From an uncultured virus (IMG/VR IMGVR_UViG_3300042505_001397) (Duplodnaviria > Heunggongvirae > Uroviricota > Caudoviricetes): a stretch of DNA of 20,000 nt. The position numbers and the translations under genes are program-made. The first letter of the stretch is position 1. Every line of letters begins with the position of its first letter. The stretch lies in the IMG/VR virus record IMGVR_UViG_3300042505_001397. One strand, written 5' to 3'. Shown one piece after another: positions 8,732 through 17,284 of the stretch. The notes beneath the pieces were generated by a model. That model saw only the letters and a list, made by a program, of their open reading frames with translations, made no database searches and was not told the origin of the DNA.

Positions 8732-9202
8732 TTATATTTCTCCTTTGAAATCGCCCCAAGACAGGGCTTTGTTTAAACGTTCTTTATGTCTTTCGGTTAT
8801 ATTTTCACTCACATTCCAAGAAATCTTTTCGATACGTTTATTGTACCATTCCTTCTTGGTGGGTGCTTCCACGTGGCACAGAGACCATGTTTCTGCGTAT
8901 GAAAGTGCTCCTTTGGCTTTGTATTGCTCTATGCAAATGAACTCAAAATCAGTCTTTGGTCTTTCGGCCAACATCTCTGAGATTGAATTACTTGAAGAAC
9001 AATATGTTTTCCAATTTGATTCTTGACCTTTATTCAGTTTGCCCGAACCTTTAAAAAGTTTCTTTCCAAGGTAAAAGCGTTTCATGTAAGGATCCCGAAT
9101 CACATATATGAAACCCGAATAAGCATCTTTGTCCATCGGCTCTTCAAAATGCCAGTGTCCATTTCTGCTCAACGGTTTCACAATCACTTTAGGAATCACC
9201 AT
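8732..9202 (-). CDS. GIY-YIG (Seg-like) nuclease-domain protein, free-standing
   Basis: GFIYVI...FYLGKK, WKTYCSSS, conserved E (YAET) and YN. Confidence 0.72.
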   Translation of the reverse strand: MVIPKVIVKPLSRNGHWHFEEPMDKDAYSGFIYVIRDPYMKRFYLGKKLFKGSGKLNKGQESNWKTYCSSSNSISEMLAERPKTDFEFICIEQYKAKGALSYAETWSLCHVEAPTKKEWYNKRIEKISWNVSENITERHKERLNKALSWGDFKGEI

Positions 9203-10046
9203 TTATGCTCCTAATAATATCCCAATGTGAACAACAGAAATAGTCGTTCATGTCTTTTTGCAGATACAACATTTTGCCGTTTGCCAACAAATACTCAAGC
9301 CATTCGTCTCCGTAGGCTTTCATGTATTCTTCCACAACCACATACTGAAATTCGTCTTCAATTGAAACATCAGCAAGCAATCTTTTAGCTTTCACGTCAC
9401 CAACACGCGGAATGCCAGGAATATTGTCAGTTGGATCACCTTTCAAAAGTTGTTCATAAAATAGTCTGTGAGCATCTTCTTCAGAAACTTCCGTCAATTC
9501 CTGTTTCTTCATGTTGTAATGCTTCCCTGGAATACAACGAAGATCCTTGTCTATGGAGCATATGATGAAGTCTATGCCTTTTGAGCGTGCTTCTTCAGCC
9601 CAGATCCTCATGAGATCATCGGCCTCTCTACCATGTGCTTCCACAGCAAGTTCTTCGTGTACCAAAAGTTTCCTAAGTATAGGGACAAAACTATTCTGTT
9701 TGTTTGGGTCTTTGTGGCGATTCATTTTGTAACCTTCATACATCAGATTCCTAAAATTGTCTTCGCCCTTTACCCCCATCAAAACATCTGTTGCGTAAAA
9801 TCTGTCGCAAAGCTCTTGAAAGTCTTTTTTGACATTTTCTAAACATTCTCTCAAATACTTTGCATCTTCCTCCTTTGTGTATTCAAGAGCCTTTCTTTTA
9901 CCATCTTCGTCAAGTTCAATAATCGGCACTTCTTGCTCTTCACCGTCCAATGACGTGACTGTTTGATATTGAACCTTAGTTTGCCACCTTGCCTTACATG
10001 CTTGGTAGCAAAGCACGTCTCCATCAATTATCAGAAGGATACTCAT
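9189..10046 (-). CDS. 5'-3' exonuclease / RNase H (T7 gp6, FEN-like)
   Basis: IIDGD, NFR...YKMNR, EADD, SIDKDL, GDPTDNIPGIPRVG. Start moved to ATG 10046 (TGATG coupling). Confidence 0.93.
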   Translation of the reverse strand: MSILLIIDGDVLCYQACKARWQTKVQYQTVTSLDGEEQEVPIIELDEDGKRKALEYTKEEDAKYLRECLENVKKDFQELCDRFYATDVLMGVKGEDNFRNLMYEGYKMNRHKDPNKQNSFVPILRKLLVHEELAVEAHGREADDLMRIWAEEARSKGIDFIICSIDKDLRCIPGKHYNMKKQELTEVSEEDAHRLFYEQLLKGDPTDNIPGIPRVGDVKAKRLLADVSIEDEFQYVVVEEYMKAYGDEWLEYLLANGKMLYLQKDMNDYFCCSHWDIIRSINGDS

Positions 10047-10198
10047 CAACGACTCCAAAAAGCTTTATCATAAACTTCTAGCAAATCTTCATTCGATAAT
10101 TTTTCTAAAGAGACCTCTTCGGATTCAATAAGACCGTTATCAACTCTGGTTTGCCACCAATGACTACCTAAGATCATTTCTATTATCAGAGATCTCAT
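10046..10198 (-). CDS. Small acidic hypothetical protein, 50 aa (below the cutoff)
   Basis: Manual translation: MRSLIIEMILGSHWWQTRVDNGLIESEEVSLEKLSNEDLLEVYDKAFWSR. SD GGAG; its stop overlaps the exonuclease start. Confidence 0.65.
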   Translation of the reverse strand: MRSLIIEMILGSHWWQTRVDNGLIESEEVSLEKLSNEDLLEVYDKAFWSR

Positions 10199-10481
10199 CC
10201 AATGCTCCCAATTCAACTGAGGTTTCCATGTAACGTAAGGTTCTGTCTATCTTTTCTGCCATTCGATCGGGATAAGGCTCAACATCCAAACCACAAACAG
10301 CTTTCAGCAGAGCCGTTATTGCAAACACATCAGACAATTCCATTTTCAACTCTTCAAAGTTGGTTCTTGGATAACCTGGTGCAGTGTGATGCGGTGTGAA
10401 CCTTTGGCATTTGGAAACACATTGTTGCACTTCTGCAAGCTCTTCTGACAAACAAGCCAATAAATATTCTTGAACGTTCAT
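10164..10481 (-). CDS. MazG-like nucleotide pyrophosphohydrolase
   Basis: LSEELAEVQQCVSKCQRF...ELKMELSDV is the EExxE...ExxD metal-binding pattern; SD GGAG. Confidence 0.75.
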   Translation of the reverse strand: MNVQEYLLACLSEELAEVQQCVSKCQRFTPHHTAPGYPRTNFEELKMELSDVFAITALLKAVCGLDVEPYPDRMAEKIDRTLRYMETSVELGALDEISDNRNDLR

Positions 10482-10490
10482 TTAATCTCC

Positions 10491-11030
10491 TTAATCAAAA
10501 AATGAAACTAACACAACTCTGCGATTTTTGCAGTGAAACGGATATCTTCCATGAAACAGGTTTGCTTTGTATAGAAAAATTGAATTTTCAATGGCTGGAT
10601 TGAAATACCATACTTCAAAATCCTCCATACTATTGAATATCTTGTCCTTAGTCAGTGCCCTATCCCCATGGGTATTAGACGTGAATAAAGCAGTTCCGCT
10701 TTCATTGTCAGTTTCCAAATACAGCACAGAAGCCCATTTGGGTCTCCTACCGGCTATATTTCCATCAGAATGTATACGAATGCTTGTATCTTTTGTCTCA
10801 TCGTTCAACCTTGCGAAAGATGCAATTGTTCTTTGCTGCCTTCCAAGTTCTTTTGACACAGCCAACTCTATACACGACCTTACTCTAAAGCTCAGGTCAG
10901 AATAATACAAGTCAGTACCTCCTATATCAATTGGCGTAAATAAATTATTAGAATACCTATCTTTTACTTGCTCCAATTCATAGTTAGATAATACATTCTT
11001 TATCACCATATAATCATCAATGGATTTCAT
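10491..11030 (-). CDS. 2-oxoglutarate/Fe(II)-dependent oxygenase (DUF6445-like)
   Basis: HxD (IHSDG), WASVLYL, SGTALF, distal H (LFHG), terminal R strand (RRVVLVSFF). Start uncertain (11030 or 11060); overlaps the polymerase end. Confidence 0.78.
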   Translation of the reverse strand: MKSIDDYMVIKNVLSNYELEQVKDRYSNNLFTPIDIGGTDLYYSDLSFRVRSCIELAVSKELGRQQRTIASFARLNDETKDTSIRIHSDGNIAGRRPKWASVLYLETDNESGTALFTSNTHGDRALTKDKIFNSMEDFEVWYFNPAIENSIFLYKANLFHGRYPFHCKNRRVVLVSFFD

Positions 11031-12888
11031 ACCACGAGCCTCCAATTTTTCCGTCTCCATCCATAATATTAACTCCGAATAGTTTTGGCCCTTCTCTAAA
11101 GGCGTTTACTCCAATTTCTCGCGCTCTTTCCGCATGCTCTTCAGGTACCATAAAGTCTATTTCATCGTGCATAAATATTAGCGGAATATATGGAATATTT
11201 TCTTTTTCCAAGTTTTCCATCGCAAGCATAACCGCTGCACTGCAAGTGACTTTCTCACAAGACTGCAAAAGATATACAAGCAACTTATGAAAGGAATCAA
11301 CGTAAATGCGATTACCAGCGATAGAAGGTATGTAGCCCTCTCCATTTTTACTTGTGCTCCCGTAAATTTTCTCAAGTTTTTCAGTTAACATCTTGAACCC
11401 TGGAACAGCCTTCACAAAGCCTTCCTTGAGTTTCTTGCCTTTTCTATCGTCAAAATATCCAAAGATATAACTCCAAAGTTTTGATCCGCTTGCTCCGAAC
11501 AAGAAAGCATATAGAATACGCTTTGCAACAGATCTAGGAACAACGTGATCAATCCCTATATCAGCAAGTACCCCTGTCAGCGTATCTGCGTTAAACTGAT
11601 GAATATCTCCGTGTAGTAGTGTATCAATAAAAGTCTGATCCCCCAAGTAGTGCGCCAAACCTCTGGCTTGATTACCCGCAGAGTCACAGCCAACAAGCTT
11701 CCAACCAGGAAGACAGCTGAACAAGCTTCTCATTTCTTTGCCCCACTTGCTGTCAGCAGACGGAACGTTCACGATGATGGAATGTCTGGCTCTCATACTG
11801 GGTGTCCCAATTGTCATGCAGTCTCCATGAAGTCTGCCATTGGAATCTGTGTTTTCGATCCAACCTTTCAACACAGCCAATCTAGAACTTGCGGTCAAGA
11901 ATTCAACGTAAAGCTTACCGTCACCTCCAAGAAAGTCTAAACTATCTTCCGTAATCTTTGGAGACATCTGAATTTTCTTAAATGTGATTGGGTCTGTCTT
12001 ATAGTTGTATTCTGTGGGAACCCAACCGTTTCTGAATAGGAAAATCTTCACGTCGGTCACTGAATCAAGACTCAATTCTTTGAATTCTACGCGAGTGTAT
12101 GGTCCAAGAATCATTCTTTCTTCACCTTCAAAACCGCTGTAGGGATCGACTCCGAACCAATTTGCCGTGTGAGAATTGTAACAGCCTTGCTTGGTCCACT
12201 TCGGTTCTTTCCACTCAACTTCGCCCAATTTCTTATCTTTGGCCACACACTTGAGACCGAGTCTGGAAGACAATGCAACATATGCTTTGTCTTTTTCAGC
12301 TTCAAGTATCTTGACCATTTCAAGAGCGTAATTGAGATCGAATGGCCAACCCTCTAAAGAAGCTACGGCACACCACATAGACACTGCATGTTCGGCTTTG
12401 AGATACAATGCAATTTGAGGTACTTTTTGCATTAATACAGTCAGCTCATCCACAAGCACATCGTAGATCATTAAGTTCAGATCCACGTCTCGTTCACCAT
12501 ATTCAAGCATTTCTTGACTGAATTGTGTCCAATCGTGGAAGTCAATCTTTGGAAAACCAAGAGCTTGACCCCACACATCTAGACTGTGGCCTGCGTTACC
12601 AAATCGCTTATAATCCAAAACTTGTGACATTACCAAAGTATCGTGAATACCACAATCTTTTGGCAGTCTCACATTGAATAACTTACGAAGAACCATTAAG
12701 TCATAACCAATAATGTTATGGCCTATCACTAAGGTGGCTTTTTCAAATATCGATTTCCAGCGAAGATCTCCCTCTAAGAAGTATTGCTTATCACCTGTGT
12801 CAATGTCAATGATCCACATGAGATGCATTTTCGTGACATCTCTCAGCAGATTATCTGTCTCGATGTCAAAGAGTATTCTCATCGTCAT
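11017..12888 (-). CDS. Family A DNA polymerase with 3'-5' exonuclease (T7 gp5-like)
   Basis: ExoI FDIET, ExoII GHNIIGYD, ExoIII YGERDV; motif A GCDSAGNQAR; DIHQ; motif B RSVAKRILYAFLFG; LLQS; motif C MHDEI. Confidence 0.96.
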   Translation of the reverse strand: MTMRILFDIETDNLLRDVTKMHLMWIIDIDTGDKQYFLEGDLRWKSIFEKATLVIGHNIIGYDLMVLRKLFNVRLPKDCGIHDTLVMSQVLDYKRFGNAGHSLDVWGQALGFPKIDFHDWTQFSQEMLEYGERDVDLNLMIYDVLVDELTVLMQKVPQIALYLKAEHAVSMWCAVASLEGWPFDLNYALEMVKILEAEKDKAYVALSSRLGLKCVAKDKKLGEVEWKEPKWTKQGCYNSHTANWFGVDPYSGFEGEERMILGPYTRVEFKELSLDSVTDVKIFLFRNGWVPTEYNYKTDPITFKKIQMSPKITEDSLDFLGGDGKLYVEFLTASSRLAVLKGWIENTDSNGRLHGDCMTIGTPSMRARHSIIVNVPSADSKWGKEMRSLFSCLPGWKLVGCDSAGNQARGLAHYLGDQTFIDTLLHGDIHQFNADTLTGVLADIGIDHVVPRSVAKRILYAFLFGASGSKLWSYIFGYFDDRKGKKLKEGFVKAVPGFKMLTEKLEKIYGSTSKNGEGYIPSIAGNRIYVDSFHKLLVYLLQSCEKVTCSAAVMLAMENLEKENIPYIPLIFMHDEIDFMVPEEHAERAREIGVNAFREGPKLFGVNIMDGDGKIGGSWYEIH

Positions 12889-13081
12889 ATCTCCATAATA
12901 CTATTTCTTCACCTCTGAGTTCTACCACAATACCAACTGAAATAATACCTAAAAGAGGGAGTAAAACAAAATGAAATATAAAATCTTTCAGTGTAAATTT
13001 ATACCATACGTTACATTTATATTCAATGAAGGATGCAATTACACCTAGAATAACCCATATTATCAACAAAGTAGTTAGCAT
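12866..13081 (-). CDS. Small membrane protein, 2 TM segments
   Basis: Two hydrophobic helices; overlaps both neighbours. Confidence 0.65.
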   Translation of the reverse strand: MLTTLLIIWVILGVIASFIEYKCNVWYKFTLKDFIFHFVLLPLLGIISVGIVVELRGEEIVLWRYDDENTL

Positions 13082-13590
13082 CTCTCATCTCCGAAGATTT
13101 TTTGAACATCTTTTGCCAAAATGGGTTTATTATCATTTTCAATATATGTGATCAAGTATTGAAGATAGAATCTTGCTTTCTTGAGTTCTTGCAGTGGAGA
13201 GTCTTTCCTGCCATTTCTATCAAGATATTTTCTGATTTGAAGTTCCAAGGCTGTTTGAAAACTTTTTGGATCTTTCATTGTGGGCAGCCTAGACATTGCA
13301 TCAATCCATTGATAATCATCGATGTAATTTTGATAATGACTTGGAGTGACTGCATGCACGAATTTCTGATTCCATGCAAAGTCTTTTTCGAGCTTGGAAC
13401 GCCACTCTTCATATTCAGCCACCGAATATAACGATATAACATAGACGTCACCCCCGTTATGTTGTTTTCTGAATACTTGCGTAAATCCTGTTTCAATTAA
13501 ATCTTCGTATGGAATCGCATCAAAATTGGTGGTTTTGAGATGAATATCACCAGTCCGACTATCTATTACCACATACTCATAATTGTTCAT
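13075..13590 (-). CDS. DUF3310-domain protein (family of the T7 gp1.7 nucleotide kinase)
   Basis: C-terminal AVTPSHY...IDAM...KYLDRNGRKD...ELKKARFYL. Start at ATG 13590 behind the strong SD AAGGAGG. Confidence 0.72.
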   Translation of the reverse strand: MNNYEYVVIDSRTGDIHLKTTNFDAIPYEDLIETGFTQVFRKQHNGGDVYVISLYSVAEYEEWRSKLEKDFAWNQKFVHAVTPSHYQNYIDDYQWIDAMSRLPTMKDPKSFQTALELQIRKYLDRNGRKDSPLQELKKARFYLQYLITYIENDNKPILAKDVQKIFGDERC

Positions 13591-13606
13591 TTTTCCTCCT
13601 TTGGAA

Positions 13607-13634
13607 ATAAAAGGACTACCCGTCAAGGTAGTCC
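13607..13634 (-). terminator. Intrinsic terminator-like hairpin downstream of ssb
   Basis: GGACTACC-TTGACG-GGTAGTCC-TTTTATTT. Confidence 0.8.
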
Positions 13635-13647
13635 ATATTTGTGTCAA

Positions 13648-14169
13648 TTAGAACGCGGCAGCAGGTCTTCTTGAAGGTGGTGTTGGAGTTGCCGATGATG
13701 TTTCTTCTGAGAAACTTTCTTCTTCCTCAGCATCATCGTAAGTTTCGAATCCATCAGAGTTCTGAGACTCATACCTTACGAGTTTCAAGATTTGAACGCC
13801 CAGTAAGATTTTAGCCTTGCTGTCTTTCGGAGCCATGAAGCGAACATTGCCCAAAGAGCCGTTACCAATAGATCTTGGATCCACAGGTTGCATTTTACGA
13901 TCCACAACTTCCACAGGCTGATTTTCATTACCATCCTTGGAGTGTGTGTTCTTCTGGATGTTTGCTCTGTAATATAAACCACCGTTGACTTCGTCTTCCT
14001 CGGTTGTCACTTTAAAGCCGTAACCTTCCAATTCTTTCTTGGTGTCTTTGTTACTGGTTCTCATTTGTAATTCCCAGCGAGGATTCACTGTCTGCCCAGC
14101 CACTTTTGTGTTAGGGTGCTTAGGAGATAATTTTGACCACCAGATTTCCACTTCTTTAATAATTGGCAT
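13648..14169 (-). CDS. ssb: Single-stranded DNA-binding protein (T7 gp2.5-like)
   Basis: P-VVD...IGNGS-GNV...L-GVQILKLVRY pattern, acidic tail, terminal Phe. Confidence 0.8.
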   Translation of the reverse strand: MPIIKEVEIWWSKLSPKHPNTKVAGQTVNPRWELQMRTSNKDTKKELEGYGFKVTTEEDEVNGGLYYRANIQKNTHSKDGNENQPVEVVDRKMQPVDPRSIGNGSLGNVRFMAPKDSKAKILLGVQILKLVRYESQNSDGFETYDDAEEEESFSEETSSATPTPPSRRPAAAF

Positions 14170-14224
14170 AATTCTTTACTCTTTTATAAAATTTACATGA
14201 GGGTTAATTTAACGGGCTGCCTGA

Positions 14225-14419
14225 TTAAGCATCAAACATTTCATCCCATTCTTCATCTATGATGCCCGACTTTATGAATTCCCGTTGAGCATCAGTTAGA
14301 TTTGGCATTGCCTTTTGAATCAATTCACCATTGTACCAGCTATCAAGTTGTTTTTGAGTTACAGGCATTTCAAGTGTTCTTGTTTCCCCAGATATTTTAG
14401 AGGTTCTTGTTATTAACAT
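14225..14419 (-). CDS. Phage hypothetical protein, 64 aa
   Basis: Globular-looking sequence (LIQKAMPNL...REFIKSGI..EEWD); SD AGG. Confidence 0.75.
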   Translation of the reverse strand: MLITRTSKISGETRTLEMPVTQKQLDSWYNGELIQKAMPNLTDAQREFIKSGIIDEEWDEMFDA

Positions 14420-14427
14420 ATTGAACC

Positions 14428-14901
14428 TTAATCTATGGAGTATTGGGCAATTTCTCCGTCATTGGAGAGTATAATACTTTTTTTGATATTTGGACATGTG
14501 TCTGCAATCACACGAGGTATATACCAAGTCGGCCCTCCATCATTGTTTGTGAAAGATGCAAACACAGCAAAGTTGCCCGATGCTGTATATCTTGCTTCAT
14601 CAAATGTTGTGGCAACCTCTGTTATATCAGAAAAGTTTCCGGTGCTTTCATTTTCTACTTGTGTGAAAATATGATGTAAGTCTTCCTCAGTTTCTAACAA
14701 GAAGAAATCACCTCCGAATAAATTCACAAACGGCTCTGTTGTTAAATCAGTGTTATCATCTTTTTGATAAACTTCTCCTGGACATAAAGAAGCAATTGAC
14801 ATTTCTTCGCAAGTGAACACAATATTTTTAACTTCTAAATAAACTTCATCTGCACATGTAAAATCATGTACCATTTCTTTTAAACTTCTATAGTGTTTCA
14901 T
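14428..14901 (-). CDS. Hypothetical acidic protein, 157 aa
   Basis: ATGA coupling, SD AGGAG. Confidence 0.75.
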   Translation of the reverse strand: MKHYRSLKEMVHDFTCADEVYLEVKNIVFTCEEMSIASLCPGEVYQKDDNTDLTTEPFVNLFGGDFFLLETEEDLHHIFTQVENESTGNFSDITEVATTFDEARYTASGNFAVFASFTNNDGGPTWYIPRVIADTCPNIKKSIILSNDGEIAQYSID

Positions 14902-15128
14902 TTTTGTTGCTCCTTTCTCATTGTTGTCAAATCATAATAAGCATTTTTCAATGTTATACCTTCAGGCACAAGCTCTTCACCGCCAACTTGCACCACCTTT
15001 GCCAGATTGAAACCAAACCTGTCGGGTATTTCTACCACTACAAGTTGATTTTTCACCGGTGTTTCTCCAAAGTATTTGTATGTGTATACCCTGGCTTTTC
15101 CTGGTTCAAATACTACTTTGATAACCAC
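14898..15128 (-). CDS. Hypothetical protein, 76 aa (SH3-like beta pattern)
   Basis: KVVF...YTY...VVV...AKVVQV; GTG start with SD GAGG. Confidence 0.7.
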   Translation of the reverse strand: MVIKVVFEPGKARVYTYKYFGETPVKNQLVVVEIPDRFGFNLAKVVQVGGEELVPEGITLKNAYYDLTTMRKEQQK

Positions 15129-15364
15129 TTTCTACCTCTTCTTTTAATGAATGGTTTAATATTGAGCTTGATTCTTTTGATATTCATCAATCGCGCACTC
15201 TTGTGAGGAACTAAAATATAAAATTTTCTCGTGGATATATGTATTTCCCGTTTAAATGCCACGAATTTTTGATGATCACTTTGAAAACTTCTTACACTCA
15301 GCAAATATCTGAGTATTTTTGGAACTTTCTTACGTGTGAATTTAAGCCTATGATAGACACTCAT
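15113..15364 (-). CDS. Hypothetical highly basic protein, 83 aa
   Basis: ATGA coupling; fills the operon gap; K/R-rich. Confidence 0.5.
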   Translation of the reverse strand: MSVYHRLKFTRKKVPKILRYLLSVRSFQSDHQKFVAFKREIHISTRKFYILVPHKSARLMNIKRIKLNIKPFIKRRGRKWLSK

Positions 15365-15855
15365 CTATGTTGTCTCAAATAGTCACTGAAATATGTATCG
15401 TCAAGTATTTCTATATTGTCATCTCCAACAGACCATGTTGTGTATATGTCATCTCTTATCGCGACAGCAACATGAATTGCAACTTTATATAGATTACCAT
15501 TCGGTCTTTTGAATAAAAGGCCTCCGACTTCTTTCTTTGGGTTATTGACACTGTAAGAAACATCATACACAATACCTATGTCTTTGCTATTTAAATTTCT
15601 CACTAAACAACAACCATTTAAGTATTGCATGGAGCAATTTCTCAATTCTCTTTCGAGAAATTTTATATCCTCTTCTTCTATTTTTCCATGGTTATATTCT
15701 CTGCCGTACTTTTTATGTGTCACAAGTATGTGCATAAATTCTGCAAAATTTTCTTTGGTTGCTTTCTCAGCAAATTCACAAATTTCTGTAACTGTCTTAT
15801 GTTTTTTTGTGTTTGACTTTGATTGGATTTTGTGAAACGGATTATTTATTAACAT
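15361..15855 (-). CDS. Hypothetical protein, 164 aa
   Basis: SD AAGGAG directly after the RNAP stop. Confidence 0.75.
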   Translation of the reverse strand: MLINNPFHKIQSKSNTKKHKTVTEICEFAEKATKENFAEFMHILVTHKKYGREYNHGKIEEEDIKFLERELRNCSMQYLNGCCLVRNLNSKDIGIVYDVSYSVNNPKKEVGGLLFKRPNGNLYKVAIHVAVAIRDDIYTTWSVGDDNIEILDDTYFSDYLRQHR

Positions 15856-15866
15856 TTATATCTCCT

Positions 15867-16546
15867 TTAAGCAAAACAATATTCTGAGTCTAAAATTAAA
15901 TTTAAATCAAGTGTACCTATTTCTACATTACTGATATCTCCTTGTATATCCTCCATAAGACTATTGAGAGGGTCATTTGCATACAATTCCACAAATGTTT
16001 CTCTCACCAATTTAAATAGCTTCGGCATATCTGCCAACAAACATCCAAACGAGTCGTGTATGGTTGTCATCGGGAAATCTGCCCTGTATACAGTCAAAGC
16101 CAGGTGTGCTGCATCCAAGCTGTGAATACAATTTGGACTTGCTCCTTGCGCTTGTTTACCCTTCGATGGTACATGATCTTCAATGAAACACACTGCCAGC
16201 TGAAGTGTATTTTCAAAGTAACCTGAGCTATTTCTCAAACCCAATGGCGGCCCGTATTGTACCCAGATTTTCTTTACTTTACCTTCTGTATAATGCTGTA
16301 CCACAGGAAAATTGGTTATTGGAACAGTCCAAGAAAGAAATCTTTCTTCCGCTTCCGCCTTTTTACCTGCTTCTTCAAATACAGTTAAGAGCCGCATAGG
16401 GCGTTCCAAAGCCGATTTGCAAGTCTCCAGCACCATTCTACCCATATAAGAGCCCCACTTATGTTCCATGAATAGTAGAAGATCTATACCATGTTTTCTT
16501 GCATCATCAATTTGTTGTTGACCAAGCCCATATGCAGTTCCGCCAT
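15867..16546 (-). CDS. T7-type single-subunit RNA polymerase, exon 3
   Basis: The frame is open back to 16546, giving (Y)GGTAYGLGQQ; WTVP..FPVVQ; SPNCIHSLDAAHL; motif C IHDSFG. Confidence 0.93.
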
Positions 16547-17284
16547 CGTTTTGTTCAGTGACAGTCGTTAGTTGTCACCCGTAATGTGTTTTCATTAAAA
16601 TTATTAAACTGCAAATTCACCGTACAGTTCTTTTGTTTTTGCAAGCACACATTCATGCGCTTCTTTTGCGGTATCAAATAACCCAAGATACAGCTTGACA
16701 CCGTTATGACCTAATCGTGCTTGAAACTTACCACTTGGCGTGCTTAAAACTCCTTTATAACCTGTTGTATTATTTGCAGGTTTTTCAGAGTTTATCTGAT
16801 TTTGTGATTGTGTGGCTATACGTAAATTTTCAATTCGATTATTTAAAGGGTTTCTGTCAATGTGGTCAATTTGCTCTTCCTTTTTCAATGCCTCGTTGAA
16901 TAATTCCCATATAATCCTGTGAACCATATAATTTTTTCTTTTATATTCAAATTGCATATAGCCGCTGCTATTTACCCATCCAACCTCAAATTTTCCATTA
17001 TTACTTTCATATCTAAATAATTTACCATCTTTGTAATATAATATATCTTTCCAATTCATTTCCGTTACCTACTTTTCAAACACATTACAGCTATATATTA
17101 CTATATAGACCAGACTATATCATCATGCAATTGCATGGAGTGCGCTTCCAAGACACTTGTCTTGTACTCCCTTTCGGGATAGTCGTTGCACCTTCAAAAA
17201 GATTTCTCTTTAAGCTTGGCTCAGGATTGACCACGGTGGATGGTTGTCCCCTGAATTCACACTCTTTTACTTCCACCTAGATTA
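16547..17284 (-). mobile_element. Group I intron (IA2) number 2 in RNAP, 738 nt
   Basis: P1 CUUCCAU/GUGGAAG; P3 GAGUGUG/CGCACUC; P7, P7.1 CCC-GAAA-GGG, P7.2, P8 and P9 as in T4 td; 13-bp P9.1 encloses the ORF; ends CUGAACAAAACG. Splicing gives MTLP-T|AT-GG. Confidence 0.95.
16604..17059 (-). CDS. Intron-encoded HNH-AP2 homing endonuclease
   Basis: VHRIIW...IDHIDRNPLNNRIENLR...N; AP2 domain NNTTGYKGV...FQARL...YLGLFDTAKEA. Confidence 0.92.
   Translation of the reverse strand: MNWKDILYYKDGKLFRYESNNGKFEVGWVNSSGYMQFEYKRKNYMVHRIIWELFNEALKKEEQIDHIDRNPLNNRIENLRIATQSQNQINSEKPANNTTGYKGVLSTPSGKFQARLGHNGVKLYLGLFDTAKEAHECVLAKTKELYGEFAV

Noticed and set aside
10164..12888. Z-genome (2-aminoadenine) system
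   Set aside because: No PurZ or DatZ homologue is visible in the window; MazG plus a variant PolA is not enough.
8518..13081. Small 2-TM proteins (8518-8730, 12866-13081) as holins
   Set aside because: There is no endolysin or late-gene context, so function is left unassigned.
13591..13647. TTG start at 13647 and TTGACA as a sigma70 -35 box (also near 194-199)
   Set aside because: The extension crosses a terminator, ATG 13590 has the strong SD, and there is no -10 hexamer at 16-18 nt spacing.
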